Assembly (NCBI GenBank): GCA_002269645.1
Contig: NIVC01002068.1
Coordinates: 62,001-126,000, forward strand
Source of the DNA: Macrostomum lignano
Lineage: Eukaryota
Reading direction: 5' to 3'
Length of the DNA stretch: 64,000 nt
This document shows positions 37,801 through 50,800 of the stretch, in pieces. Position 1 is the first letter of the stretch. Every line of letters begins with the position of its first letter. The translations under genes and the position numbers were made by a program. The notes under the pieces are model-generated. The model was not told where the DNA came from. It worked only from the letters and a program-made list of their open reading frames with translations, and made no database searches.

Positions 37801-40800
37801 GCCATTCGTGCTCCGCAAAGATGAGGACGGCACTGCTCAGTACAACCTGCGAAAGCTGAACGAGCTGCCGTGGCACCTCATCAAGTCCGGTCGAGTGAAC
37901 GAGTTCTACGACTACATTGTGTTTGACTACGACTTCATGTTCAACAAGCTGAAGGGCACGTCTCGGTACCTGCTGCTAAGAGACCTCGACCTCCCGCAGA
38001 AGCTCGGTGTCGAGTATATCAAAGAGGCCGAGCTCGTGTACAATGCAATCCGACTCTCCGCTCAGAGTCTCGTATACGACCCTGTCAATCTGAGCGTTGA
38101 TCTCATCGGTCGGCTCATCATGTACGAGAAGGACTGTCCTCGAGTGAAGCTGCTGCTCAACCAGTGTCGCCAGTCGAAACAGGCTCTCAGCAACTGCTGC
38201 CTCATCCCGAAGGTGCAGTGCTTCGACTCCGGGTCTGGAGTTCTCTACTCCAGCTTTGATCTCGGACTCGGAATGGGACTGGTCATGCCCAACGGTCAGC
38301 TGGTGTCCTTCTCACTCATCAACAACGAAGTCACCTGGTACGACATCGAGGGAAATGAGATCAAACGGTTCAGCTCCGACTACAACCTGTTCCTCAGCAT
38401 GAAGTACATGTCGACTGGATACATCCCAGACGACTGCGTAATGCACGTGCTATCGATGCGCTCGAAGAATGCCGGTGTCACCGAGGACGACAGACAAGCG
38501 CTTGTCCTTAACATGGGTCGGAAGAAGATCCAAGAGGAGATCGAAGAATACGAAGCGTGCAACAAGGATGTGCCGCAAGAGCTGCGAGACATGATGGAAT
38601 CGCTCAACGCTGGAGAGATTCCAGACAGCATCATGGAGAAGCTGGACGTAGACGGGATGATGAAGAAGATGATGTCTGGAGAGGAAGAGGCGCAGAAGTC
38701 GCAAGATCTCGTTCGAGTCGACTTCATGAACGGCAGGGTGACGAAACTGATGACTCTGGACCCATCATGGAGTGTGTCATCTGATGACGTAGAATATGTG
38801 ACAAAGGACTATGTGCTTTGTTGCAAGGGAAAGAGTGACTCAACGGGAACAAGCACTCTTAGACTGCTGTCAATCGGAGAGAAGAAGTTCGTTACTCTTT
38901 ATGACGAAGAGACAAGTGGAACTTCAAATATTGGCACCCAAAACCTCGACGGCAAAAGCAATCTGTTGTGCTTCTGTTTGGACATAAATGATAAGGCGTC
39001 TTCATTGTTGGTGGTTATGAATTTGGTGACTAGAGTGACTTCTCGGTTATATTTTTCTGAAAATTTCCAGTCCATGGACAAAGCTGATCTTAAACGTATG
39101 TGGCGCATGGACTCATGGTCAAGCTCTGCAAAAGCTGTGTCGGACAACTCGAGCTCTTTAAATCTACTATTAAGTGCCGAAAAAATTCGAGCAAATGCTT
39201 GCCTTTTTGGCCCCAAAGGAGATATTGTCGCAATGATAACTGCCACTGGAGAGACTAATAATAGAGATGTTGAGTCGCGAACGTTTTTCGTCGTTTTTTG
39301 TACTTGTGGGTCTCTCAAACCTGTTCACATAATAGATTTGAATACTGTTCTCGAAGTGAAATATTCGCAAAACTTTGCAAGCGCCTCCAGAGAGAGGTTA
39401 GCCTTTCTTTTGAAAAAGCGAGCCAAATTGACTGACGCGCAACAGGAACCAATTCGGGGAGTCATATTCGATGTTGCAGCGCGAAAGGCGACTCCACTGA
39501 GGATTACTCAGGCAAACAGCGAGTTTAAATCTGCAGTTTCGGCATTTGGTGACGGAACTCAAGCAAAATTTACGGAAGATGAAAAGCTCCTATTTACTTC
39601 TGGCACTAAAGTTCTGCTTCTAGTTTGGTCAGTTGAATCAGGTGAACTCATCAGAGGCATTCGAATGGGATCGGCTGAGAGTTTTTTATCCGGTCAGCCA
39701 AGGGGTACCGATTTTTTTACCATCTGCCATTTTCCCGATGAGTCGGCCGGTGACACTGACGAGCGAATGTACATCATGGCTAAGGTGTACAATACCAAGT
39801 CATTTCACGATGCGTCAATTAGAGAGGAGTCTGCCGTCATGCTTCCAAAATTTACCCAGAGAAGGCAAGCACGTTGCGCTGTATCGCTAACTAACAAATA
39901 CGAAGTCGATATCATAGGTAAGGAGACAATTAGTATAAACATTCGCGAAAAGTCTTCGAATACGCTTGATCAAGATGAAGAAAAGTGCGTCCTTTCCACT
40001 AAGCCCCAAATTGAAGTTCGTTGCCGACCCGGACAAAGAGAGGTCACGACGATTGTTATACGCGATTCTGATCTGATTGAGTCGTTATTCGGTGCCAATG
40101 ACGAACAACCGAAGTCTAAGAATGAGAGCAAAGATGTATTTGGAGTTCGATTTACTGTTGCTTCAGAGCATCCCAATGAGGATCCCACAAGGGAACAGCA
40201 ACGCTGCGCCCTTCAGACGACAGCAAAAGCTAATATGATGAATACCAAGTTCCTTCAATCGCCGATTTTGTCTGAAGACAACATACTAGACATTGTCTTT
40301 ATAAACGAAGCGAAGAAGTTGCTAATTACAATTAGGCTTACACTGCAGGACATTAAAGAGAGCTATTTATCAGTCATCAGACTCACAACTCTCAGAGGGT
40401 GCAGGTACAATCTTTCCGATTTGAGCGACCAATTTGGACTAAGTGCTGACTCTTTTGACAAAGTACTATCAAAAAGCTTCATGAAAAAATTTAACCACAT
40501 AATATTTCCATCTGAAGCTACCATTCGTGCCGATGAAGCAGAGGATGAAAATTTGGAAACGCGGCAGGACTTTACAAGTCAAAACCGACAAGAAATGATA
40601 GCGGACTTCATTAACAAGCGGATGTCAAAAAGAAACGACCTTGTCGACATTCAGTTCCTGCCAGAGAAGTGTACACTCAACCTGGCCTTCAGCCAACACC
40701 TCAAAGCGTCCGAGGAGATTCGCGTCGGCGTCGGAGTTCCTCCGATTTGGCTCGGCGCGGTTGTGCGCCTCGACTACAGCGACGTGGAGAAAGGAACTCC

Positions 40801-41477
40801 GACCAGCGAGATGCAGTTCCAGCACTCCATCGGCAAAGTGTTCGACATGGGACCCGCAGTGGCCTTCCTCCACGACAACCAGCACCTGGTCAACTACAAG
40901 CTTCAGATTGTGGACTACATGAAAGGCGAAGTGATCCGCTGTCTCAGTCAGGACGAGGACTTGTACTTTGTTAGATTGCAGGCCACGCCAGACTGCAGCC
41001 TGCTTGTTGGCCAGGTGTACTTTCCCGCCTACGAGGTGGAGTTCGCCGTATTCGATGACGAATCCATGAACAATTCGGACATGTTCGCAATTGTTCCACC
41101 TCGAGGCTTGCAGGTAAGATTTAGTAAATTTGTTGTTTTTACTACTTATAATTCCGGATACTGGTGTAGAGTTCGGATCTTCACAGTTTTGCACCTCATT
41201 GCCCGATCTTGCTCAGGTGTACCGTATATCAGACGGTTGTCGCGTTGCTAACTACCTGTTTGAGTCAGACCCCGTTGGCTTCTGCCTGATCGGTGAGGCC
41301 GGGCGGGACCTTCTGGTTCTCACGCACAATGCGCCCATTATGCTGTTTGAGCTGCTTGACCCAACTGAATCAAACTCTCCCGGCTCAACCTCATCTAAGC
41401 TGTCGACCCCTGATTCGTCAAAAACTGAGTCCCATGCGACGGAATCGCAACCCCGCCGATGCTGTACCTGCCTCTGA
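34817..41477 (+). CDS. NWD1/NWD2-type STAND protein: DUF4062-like + NACHT + degenerate beta-propeller (~2,040 aa). One apparent 1-nt frameshift at 37615-37618.
   Basis: Exons 34817-34819, 34967-35671, 35769-37190, 37303-37679, 37757-41113 and 41217-41477, all with GT-AG boundaries. N-domain [18 protein letters not shown]...DMRWGV; Walker [10 protein letters not shown]; Walker [11 protein letters not shown]; winged-helix [21 protein letters not shown]; [13 protein letters not shown]; WD-like [13 protein letters not shown]. Confidence 0.88.
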
Positions 41478-42354
41478 CATGAATTGCTTTGTTTAAACAA
41501 TTTCAAACTTTTCGTAAATGCAATCGTTTTGGCAGAAAAATTAGTTTGATTATTTTTATCCAACCATTTATTATATTTACGAGCGTAGTTTTTTGTCTTG
41601 CCTCTTCAGGACCTTCTTCATGACTATCTTAATCGGTTTGTTCAATGCTTGAAACATAATGATTTTTCGGCAGTACTATTAGTAGATAACTTTGCGCATA
41701 AAAAAGCCATGTTTCGCCTCGGATTCTTGGCGCCGAAAGGGCTTCAGATTTTATTTCAGCTGACAGAGCCGACAGGCCAATAATACCTGTAAAAAGCCTG
41801 AGCAAACACAGCCATGGGAGCCGTGATTCCGACGTTGCAGAGGCTGCCCTCTGCCTTGTTGCCGCTTACTTAGCTTGGATCTAACGCTACTTAGATGCCA
41901 GAGACACTCGGCGATGTCTTGCTTGTTTAGATCATAGCCAATGCCTTCTTTTACCTAGTACTTCCCTCACCCTGCGCGTGCCTGCTTGTGTTTGTATATT
42001 CTCTCTGTCTCAGTCAATAAGCCTCCCAACCCAAAGATTGCAGGCCTTGCACTGTCAACGGTCCCTTCCATAAGCTTGGCGCGTCCATTTAGCCTTATAG
42101 AACACACTGTAGCGATGTTCATGAAAGACTGGCTTTGCAATCTGCATCCTAATCTCAGTTTCGACCTAATTGTGATTATCTGGATATTTTAACTATTATC
42201 ATCGACCATGAGCCATGTACGAGGCTAATAGTCATATCATGGGCACAGATCACTTACCATAGACGACAGACCAACAGAACATTTCATCATTGACCAGTAG
42301 ATCACAGACCATGGACTATGGACTAAGGAACATAGACAGAGTCCAGTGGGCCAT

Positions 42355-43140
42355 AGACCATGGAACAGAGACCGTAGCTCATGGACCTTGAACCATGGAA
42401 CACAGGCCCTAGCTCATGGACCTTGAACCATGGAACACAGGCCCTAGCTCATGGACCTTGAACCATGGAACACAGGCCGTAGCTCATGGACCTTGAACCA
42501 TGGAACACAGGCCGTAGCTCATGGACCTTGAACCATGGAACACAGGCCGTAGCTCATGGACCTTGAACCATGGAACACAGGCCGTAGCTCATGGACCTTA
42601 AACCTTGGAACACAGACCCTAGCTCATGGACCTTGAACCATGGAACACAGGCCGTAGCTCATGGACCTTAAACCATGGAACACAGGCCGTAGCTCATGGA
42701 ACTTGAACCATGGAAAACAGGCCGTAGCTCATGGACCTTGAACCATGGAACACAGAACCTAGCTCATGGACCTTGAACCATGGAACACAGGCCGTAGCTC
42801 ATGGACCTTAAACCATGGAACACAGGCCGTAGCTCATGGAACTTGAACCATGGAAAACAGGCCGTAGCTCATGGACCTTGAACCATGGAACACAGGCCGT
42901 AGCTCATGGAACTTGAACCATGGAAAACAGGCCGTAGCTCATGGACCTTAAACCTTGGAACATAGACCGTAGCTTATAGACCTTGGACCAAGGACCATAG
43001 ACCGTAGCTTATAGACCTTGAACCATAGAACATAGACCGTAGCTTATAGACCTTGAACCATGGAACATAGACCGTAGCTCATGGACCTTGAACCGGTGGG
43101 GGAACATATAGACCGTAGCCTATAGACCCTGGACCATAGA
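42355..43140. repeat. 35-bp minisatellite
   Basis: Unit CCTTGAACCATGGAACACAGGCCGTAGCTCATGGA (period checked at 42421/42456), degenerate at the ends. Confidence 0.96.
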
Positions 43141-43984
43141 GCACAGGTTGTAGACCATAAATAGACATTGAAGCAAGGAACATACATGTAGACAATGGCC
43201 AATAGATCTTGGCTCATTCGATAGACTCTGGCCTGACCTGTCCAAGCGACCTGTTGCACTGTCTGCAAGACCCCAGTTGGCAGGACACTTCATATGCGCA
43301 GAACAAAGCCGCATTACTATCAAACTACTAAATTACTAAATTGCTAAATTACTATCGAAGAACATCAGAATTACTCGCTTTTAAATGTCTGCTTGGTACG
43401 TAAGCATTTATATTTATCATTAATTGCAAAAATACAGCAAAAATGGAGAGGTCTCAAAGCATACAGATAGTACAAAATCACAGCAAACGGAGACAAAGAG
43501 AAGAATGGATTACAGTAGCAGTATAGTAAAACTTGCCGCCAAAGTCAGGAAACAGGATCTGAGAGGGAAGACATCTAGGCAGTACATGTTGGAGTTGGCA
43601 GGTATCCCAGAGTAAGATAAATTGACATTTTCTATATGGATATCAATGAATATCTTCCTATCGACAGAGTATAGATAGAAAAGTAGGCGTGCCCAGCAAT
43701 ATACTAGCTCTATTCTAATGATAGTTTTAAATAGCTTCAAAAGTTCAATAAAGCATTGCCTTAAATATTGGAATATGCGCGCAAAAGATGTAGTAAATAT
43801 TCAAGTAAACTGCTTTAAAAATATTAGATATGAGTGTCTTAATATCAAGTGTAATTTATCCACAATCTGCGGCACGACTGATTCCAATAGCCAGGATCAT
43901 GCAGGATGTACACATCTTAAGTAGTACGCAAATGTATTTTATTGTCTAAAAGCTATTTACTACCGTCATCGAAGTAGGCATCCC

Positions 43985-45148
43985 TAATCGGTAGTCTACC
44001 CTAGTATTTGGTATTCTACACTAGCTAGTCGGTAGTTTACCCTAGTATTTGGTATTTAACACTAGCTAGTCGGTAGTTTACCCTAGTATTTGGTATTCTA
44101 CACTATAGCTAGTCGGTAGTTTACCCTAGTATTTGGTATTTTACACTAGCTAGTCGGTAGTTTACCCTAGTATTTGGTATTCTACACTAGCTAGTCGGTA
44201 GTTTACCCTAGTATTTGGTATTCTACACTAGCTAATCGGTAGTTTACCCTAGTATTTGGTATTCTACACTAGCTAATCGGTAGTTTACCCTAGTATTTGG
44301 TATTCTACACTAGCTAATCGGTAGTTTAACCTAGTATTTGGTATTCTACTCTAGCTAATCGGTAGTTTACCCTAGTATTTGGTATTCTACTAGCTAATCG
44401 GTAGTTTACCCTAGTATTTGGTATTCTACACTAGCTAATCGGTAGTTTACCCTAGTATTTGGTATTCTACACTAGCTAATCGGTAGTTTACCCTAGTATT
44501 TGGTATTCTACACTAGCTAGTCGGTAGTTTACCCTAGTATTTGGTATTCTACACTAGCTAGTCGGTAGTTTACCCTAGTATTTGGTATTTTACACTAGCT
44601 AGTCGGTAGTTTACCCTAGTATTTGGTATTCTACACTAGCTAGTCGGTAGTTTACCCTAGTATTTGGTATTTTACACTAGCTAGTCGGTAGTTTACCCTA
44701 GTATTTGGTATTTAACACTAGCTAGTCGGTAGTTTACCCTAGTATTTGGTATTCTACACTAGCTAGTCGGTAGTTTACCCTAGTATTTGGTATTTAACAC
44801 TAGCTAGTCGGTAGTTTACCCTAGTATTTGGTATTCTACACTAGCTAGTCGGTAGTTTACCCTAGTATTTGGTATTTTACACTAGCTAGTCGGTAGTTTA
44901 CCCTAGTATTTGGTATTCTACACTAGCTAGTCGGTAGTTTACCCTAGTATTTGGTATTTTACACTAGCTAGTCGGTAGTTTACCCTAGTATTTGGTATTC
45001 TACACTAGCTAGTCGGTAGTTTACCCTAGTATTTGGTATTCTACACTAGCTAGTCGGTAGTTTACCCTAGTATTTGGTATTCTACTAGCTAATCGGTAGT
45101 TTACCCTAGTATTTGGTATTCTACACTAGCTAGTCGGTAGTTTACACT
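43985..45148. repeat. 41-bp minisatellite (~28 copies)
   Basis: Unit CTAGCTAGTCGGTAGTTTACCCTAGTATTTGGTATTCTACA. Confidence 0.97.
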
Positions 45149-45181
45149 GCAGCAAATCTCACACGCGGTGCAGTCTAAGCT

Positions 45182-45583
45182 TCATCCGTTTCCGTGCCCA
45201 CCTGCCCGCCTGAAGTTGGACAGCACCAGGTTGAGTCCGGCCGGTTTCAACCGCTCCGGACTTCGCTGGGCCTGGAAACCGCTCGGCCCGGCGCCGCCAA
45301 AGTTGGAACAGTCGCGGTCCATCTCTTCCACTATGGCGCCGAGGCGAACTGGCGCCTGCTGCCTCTGCTGCTGCTGCAGCCGCGCGCCCGCGGCGAAGGC
45401 GCTTCCGGCCTGGGCCATCCGTTTGAGCAGAATCTGCCTGTGCAGCGCCCTGGCCAGTTTGCTGTCCTCCTGGCGTTTCCTCTGCTGCCGGCGCTTCCAG
45501 TGAAACCTGGCGAACGAGGCCACCAGCAGTGCGATGAAAACCACCGCAAGGGTCAGGTGGGCGATCCACACCAGCTCGGACAT
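45182..45583 (-). CDS. Small single-pass membrane protein (133 aa), unknown family
   Basis: N-terminal TM helix LVWIAHLTLAVVFIALLVASF followed by the basic stop-transfer RFHWKRRQQRKR. GC-rich coding-like island between two AT-richer repeat arrays. Confidence 0.7.
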   Translation of the reverse strand: MSELVWIAHLTLAVVFIALLVASFARFHWKRRQQRKRQEDSKLARALHRQILLKRMAQAGSAFAAGARLQQQQRQQAPVRLGAIVEEMDRDCSNFGGAGPSGFQAQRSPERLKPAGLNLVLSNFRRAGGHGNG

Positions 45584-46156
45584 GTTCCTCTGCTTCAGAC
45601 AACTCTTGTTGCCTAGGTCTCAGGTAGAAATCGCTGCTTTAATACGCTTAGCCGCGGACTGACTGCTGCATCTCTATCCCCCTTCCAACCCCAGCCATCG
45701 CCCGCCCCGGTTTCCGCCCCTCTGTCCAGAGCCACGGGATGCTGGACCCTCTCCATCGATCCAAAAGCGACGCAAATTGCAGCTTAAATTTTTTAGAATT
45801 GGACCGGCTGCAGAAGTATTGCAGATTAGACAATCGCATTGCTCTGAGTTTTTTTCTAATAGTGGAGAGAGAGAGAGAGAGAGACAGAGCCTGCCCTGAG
45901 CGTTTTTGATCTGATGCCTAATTTAGAGCCAGCTGCAGTTCATTCTGCCCATATGATCTCTGTTGCTCTCGGTGCTGAGATGGGATCAGAATTGTCCCCT
46001 GGCCTGCTCTGCTGGTCTCCAACACTTCTTGCCTTTCGTATTGCAATCTTCATTGAGAACACTGTGGGCCTGCTGCTCAACAAGTGTCGCTGTTTGTTTG
46101 ACTTTTCATCGAATCAGAACAGTTTCATCTGATATTTTTCGAGTTGAGTATCAAAC

Positions 46157-47365
46157 AGAGTGACTCAAGGGAGTGAAACAGAGTGACTGAGAGAGTGAAA
46201 CAGAGTGATTGAGAAAAGTGAAACTGTGTGACTGAGAGAGTGAAGCAGAGTGACTGAGAGAGTCATACAGAGTGACTGAGAAAAGTGAAACTGTGTGACT
46301 GAGAGAGTCATACAGAGTGACTGAGAGAGTCATACAGAGTGACTGAGAAAGTGAAACTGTGTGACTGAGAGAGTCATAGAGAGTGACTGAGAGAGTCATA
46401 CAGAGTGACTGAGAGAGTCATACAGAGTGACTGAGAGAGTGAAACTGTGTAACTGAGAGAGTCATACAGAGTGACTGAGAGAGTCATACAGAGTGACTGA
46501 GAGAGTCATACAGAGTGACTGAGAGAGTCATACAGAGTGACTGAGAGAGTCATACAGAGTGACTGAGAGAGTCATACAGAGTGACTGAGAGAGTCATACA
46601 GAGTGACTGAGAGAGTCATACAGAGTGACTGAGAGAGTCATACAGAGTGACTGAGAGAGCCATACAGAGTGACTGAGAGAGCCATACAGAGTGACTGAGA
46701 GAGTCATACAGAATGACTGAGAGAGCCATACAGAGTGACTGAGAGAGTCATACAGAGTGACTGAGAGAGCCATACAGAGTGACTGAGAGAGCCATACAGA
46801 GTGACTGAGAGAGTCATACAGAATGACTGAGAGAGCCATACAGAGTGACTGAGAGAGTCATACAGAGTGACTGAGAGAGCCATACAGAGTGACTGAGAGA
46901 GTCATACAGAGTGACTGAGAGTGACTGAGAGAGTCATACAGAGTGACTGAGAGAGCCATACAGAGTGACTGAGAGAGTCATACAGAGTGACCAAGTGAGT
47001 CATGCATACAGAGTGACTGAGAGTGACTGAGGAGTCATACAGAGTGACTGAGAGTGACTGAGGAGTCATACAGAGTGACTGAGAGTGACTGAGGAGTCAT
47101 ACAGAGTGACTGAGAGTGACTGAGAGAGTCATACAGAGTGACTGAGAGAGCCATACAGAGTGACTGAGAGAGTCATACAGAGTGACCAAGTGAGTCATGC
47201 ATACAGAGTGACTGAGGAGTCATACAGAGTGACTGAGAGTGACTGAGGAGTCATACAGAGTGACTGAGAGTGACTGAGAGAGTCATACAGAGTGACTGAG
47301 AGAGCCATACAGAGTGACTGAGAGAGTCATACAGAGTGACCAAGTGAGTCATGCATACAGAGTGA
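46157..47365. repeat. 22-bp minisatellite
   Basis: Unit GAGTGACTGAGAGAG(T/C)CATACA, with a more complex higher-order pattern after ~46900. Confidence 0.96.
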
Positions 47366-47836
47366 TGCTTAGGAGTCTGACAGAGAAATATACGCCAAAA
47401 TATTAAATCAATCTTACTTTATAGAAAACCCTTATGAACTATATTTGGCTGCTGAAAAACGTCAATAACATCAACTATAAAAAACGAAGTTCGCGAGAGT
47501 AAAGCATGAAAGTGAACAGCACCACAGGTGCTTGCTAAGCGGTGCACAATTGTAACGCGTGAATGCACATGACAGCTATCTAGAAGACGGTGCCCCCATT
47601 CCCGGACAAGCTCCGACCCAGCGGACTTGTTTCAAAGCTACTACTGGCTACAGTAGAATGTTCTGCGCGTAAATGACGAAAAAAATTAAAGCGAACTTAA
47701 AGTTTTATGAAGTTAATTTTCGAAATTCGATAGATAGAAACTTTTTGCTACGAATAGACGGTCTCTGAAGATTTCTAGCCTTTTTAACCCCTGCGCCTAA
47801 TTATCCATATATCCACCGATGAAGGAACAATGAAGG

Positions 47837-50800
47837 TCAGCTGGCCCCCTGCTGGCTCAGGTACTTCGTCACCAACGAGTCGGCGTACTTTCTAGCGCTG
47901 GCGGTCAGCTCCCGAGCCTCGGCGTAGTCGCGAAGATGATTCCAGCGGGTGTCACTTCTGCGAGCAGTGACAGATCATTGGAGTGACAGATCATTAGAGT
48001 GACAGATCATTGGAGTGACAGATCATTGGAGTGACAGATCATTGGAGTGACAGATCATTGGAGTGACAGATCATTGGAGTGACAGATCATTGGAGTGACA
48101 GATCATTGGAGTGACAGATCATTGGAGTGACAGATCATTGGAGTGACAGATCATTAGAGTGACAGATCATTGGAGTGACAGATCATTGGAGTGACAGATC
48201 ATTGGAGTGACAGATCATTGGAGTGACAGATCATTGGAGTGACAGATCATTGGAGTGACAGATCATTGGAGTGACAGATCATTGGAGTGACAGATCATTG
48301 GAGTGACAGATCATTGGAGTGACAGATCATTGGAGTGACAGATCATTGGAGTGACAGATCATTGGAGTGACAGATCATTGGAGTGACAGATCATTGGAGT
48401 GACGGATCATTGGAGTGACAGAATACTAGAGTGAAAGATCATTGGAGTGACAGATTACCTGAGTGACAGGTGACAGATATCAGAGGGACAGATTATTAGA
48501 GTGACAGATGGCTGGCTAACGCAGCGGCCTCACCTCCCAGTCTCGCCGCCAGCCCCCGACTCCAGAGACAGTCTAGGGACGGCGCTCGATGTCGCGCTCC
48601 CGACGGCAGCGCCGGCGCCGCTGCGGAACGAGTTCATGGCCTCGAGACCTTGCAGGATGTTCGTCATGGACGAGGCTGCGCTGCGCCTTGGCTGCTGCAG
48701 CTGCTGAGCTGCCGGCGGCCGCCACGAGGGCTGCGGATTTTGTGGCGCCGCGGTTGACGAAGCCATCGCCGGCACCGACGGCGACGCAGCTGTCGACGCG
48801 GCGGCGAGTCGCTTAATTTCCGACGAATGAGCGTCGCGAAATTCGGCCCGAAGTCGTTCGACAATGCTGCCGCCACTGCCGCCGGCTCCAAAACTTCCGG
48901 TTCGAATTGGTCGGCGAATCTGCGGCTGTTGTCGACTTTGAAAAACCGACTGTTGTGTCTGCTGCTGCTGCTGCTTCTGCTGCTGCAATTGCTGAAGCCG
49001 CTGAATTGGCACCGGCCGCAGTTGCCGCCGGCGGGACTCCGACATCGGCTGCTGTTGCTGCTGCTGCTGCTGCGGTTTTGGCGTTGCTGGCGGCGTCTGC
49101 ATCCGCGTCAGGAAGCCGCGCACCCTGTCGGAGATTTGCTCGTCCTCGGCGCTGCGCTGCAGCCGGGGCGCCGGAGGCGGCGTTGTGGGCTGCGGCTGCT
49201 GCTTCTGACGCGGCGGTGGCGGCGGTGGCTGTGTCGCAGGGGGCGCCGGTTCATAGGCCGCAGTCGATGGCTTCGCCGAGGTTCCGGTAATGCTCATCTA
49301 AAATTGCGTAGCTCCGACATTATTTGAAACAATTAGTAATATGTTTTTAATAAGATTCAACTTAAATCAGCTGCCAAATGGTAGCATTGTTAAAAAATGT
49401 TAGATAAATAGGACTTGAACCTGTTACAGAAAATCAAAATGTGTAAGACATGTTAGACAGTATCTTAACACTGTTAGACAGAGTCGGGAACTGTCAGACA
49501 GAATCGGCAACTGTTAGACAGGATAGGCAACTGTTAGACAATATCTGTAACTGTTAGACAGGATAGGCAACTGTTAGATAGTATCTGTAACTGTTAGACA
49601 GGATCTGTAACTGTTAGACAGGATAGGCAACTGTTAGACAGTATCTGTAACTGTTAGACAGGATCTGTAACTGTTAGACAGGGTCAGAAAAGTTCCCCAG
49701 CAAGTTATTAAAAGCAGAAATTCAACACATTCTCAAACCTCCAGCGCCCGCTGCAGCCTGCTCGGCCCCGCAGTGGTTCTGCATGCTGGCTGCTCAACCG
49801 CGGCCACTCTTGGCGTCGTCATTGTCGATGCGGTCGCCGTGGTCGTCGGCAGCTTCGTGGGCGCGGCGAAATTGACGGCGGCGGCAGCGACGGCCGCTGC
49901 CTGCTGACTGCCGACCAGATGCTGATTGGCCACCTCCCTGCGGAGCCGCATCAGCTCGGTCTCCAGCGCCACCAGCTGCTGTCCCAACCGTCCAGCCTCC
50001 TGACGCTCCATCGCGCCGGCCTGAACGCTGAGCGACGTCTCCCGCATCTGCTGAGCGAGGCGACCGTTCTCCGACTGCATCGACTGCAGCTGCCGCTCCA
50101 GGCCGGCCAGGCGGCCCTCCAGGCCGCGCATCTCCAGCTCGTCGCATTCGATCTTGGATTTGAGCTCCAGGTTCTCCCGGCGGGTGGCCTCGAGCACCTG
50201 CCGGTCCTCCTCCATCACCAGCTTCAGCTCGCTCGCCTGAAATAAAGAATTTGGCGGATTTTCGTTGCGCGGCTTTGAAAAATTGATTTTGTGAAATCTT
50301 GTGACACTTTGATCTTGTGACACTTTGATCTTGTGACACTTTGATCTTGTGACACTTTGATCTTGTGACACTTTGATCTTGTGACACTTTGATCTTGTGA
50401 CACTTTGATCTTGTGACACTTTGATCTTGTGACACTTTGATCTTGTGACACTTTGATCTTGTGACACTTTGATCTTGTGACACTTTGATCTTGTGACACT
50501 TTGATCTTGTGACACTTTGATCTTGTGACACTTTGATCTTGTGACACTTTGATCTTGTGACACTTTGATCTTGTGACACTTTGATCTTGTGACACTTTGA
50601 TCTTGTGACACTTTGATCTTGTGACACTTTGATCTTGTGACACTTTGATCTTGTGACACTTTGACACTTTGATCTTGTGACACTTTGATCTTGTGACACT
50701 TTGATCTTGTGACACTTTGATCTTGTGACACTTTGATCTTGTGACACTTTGATCTTGTGACACTTTGATCTTGTGACACTTTGATCTTGTGACACTTTGA

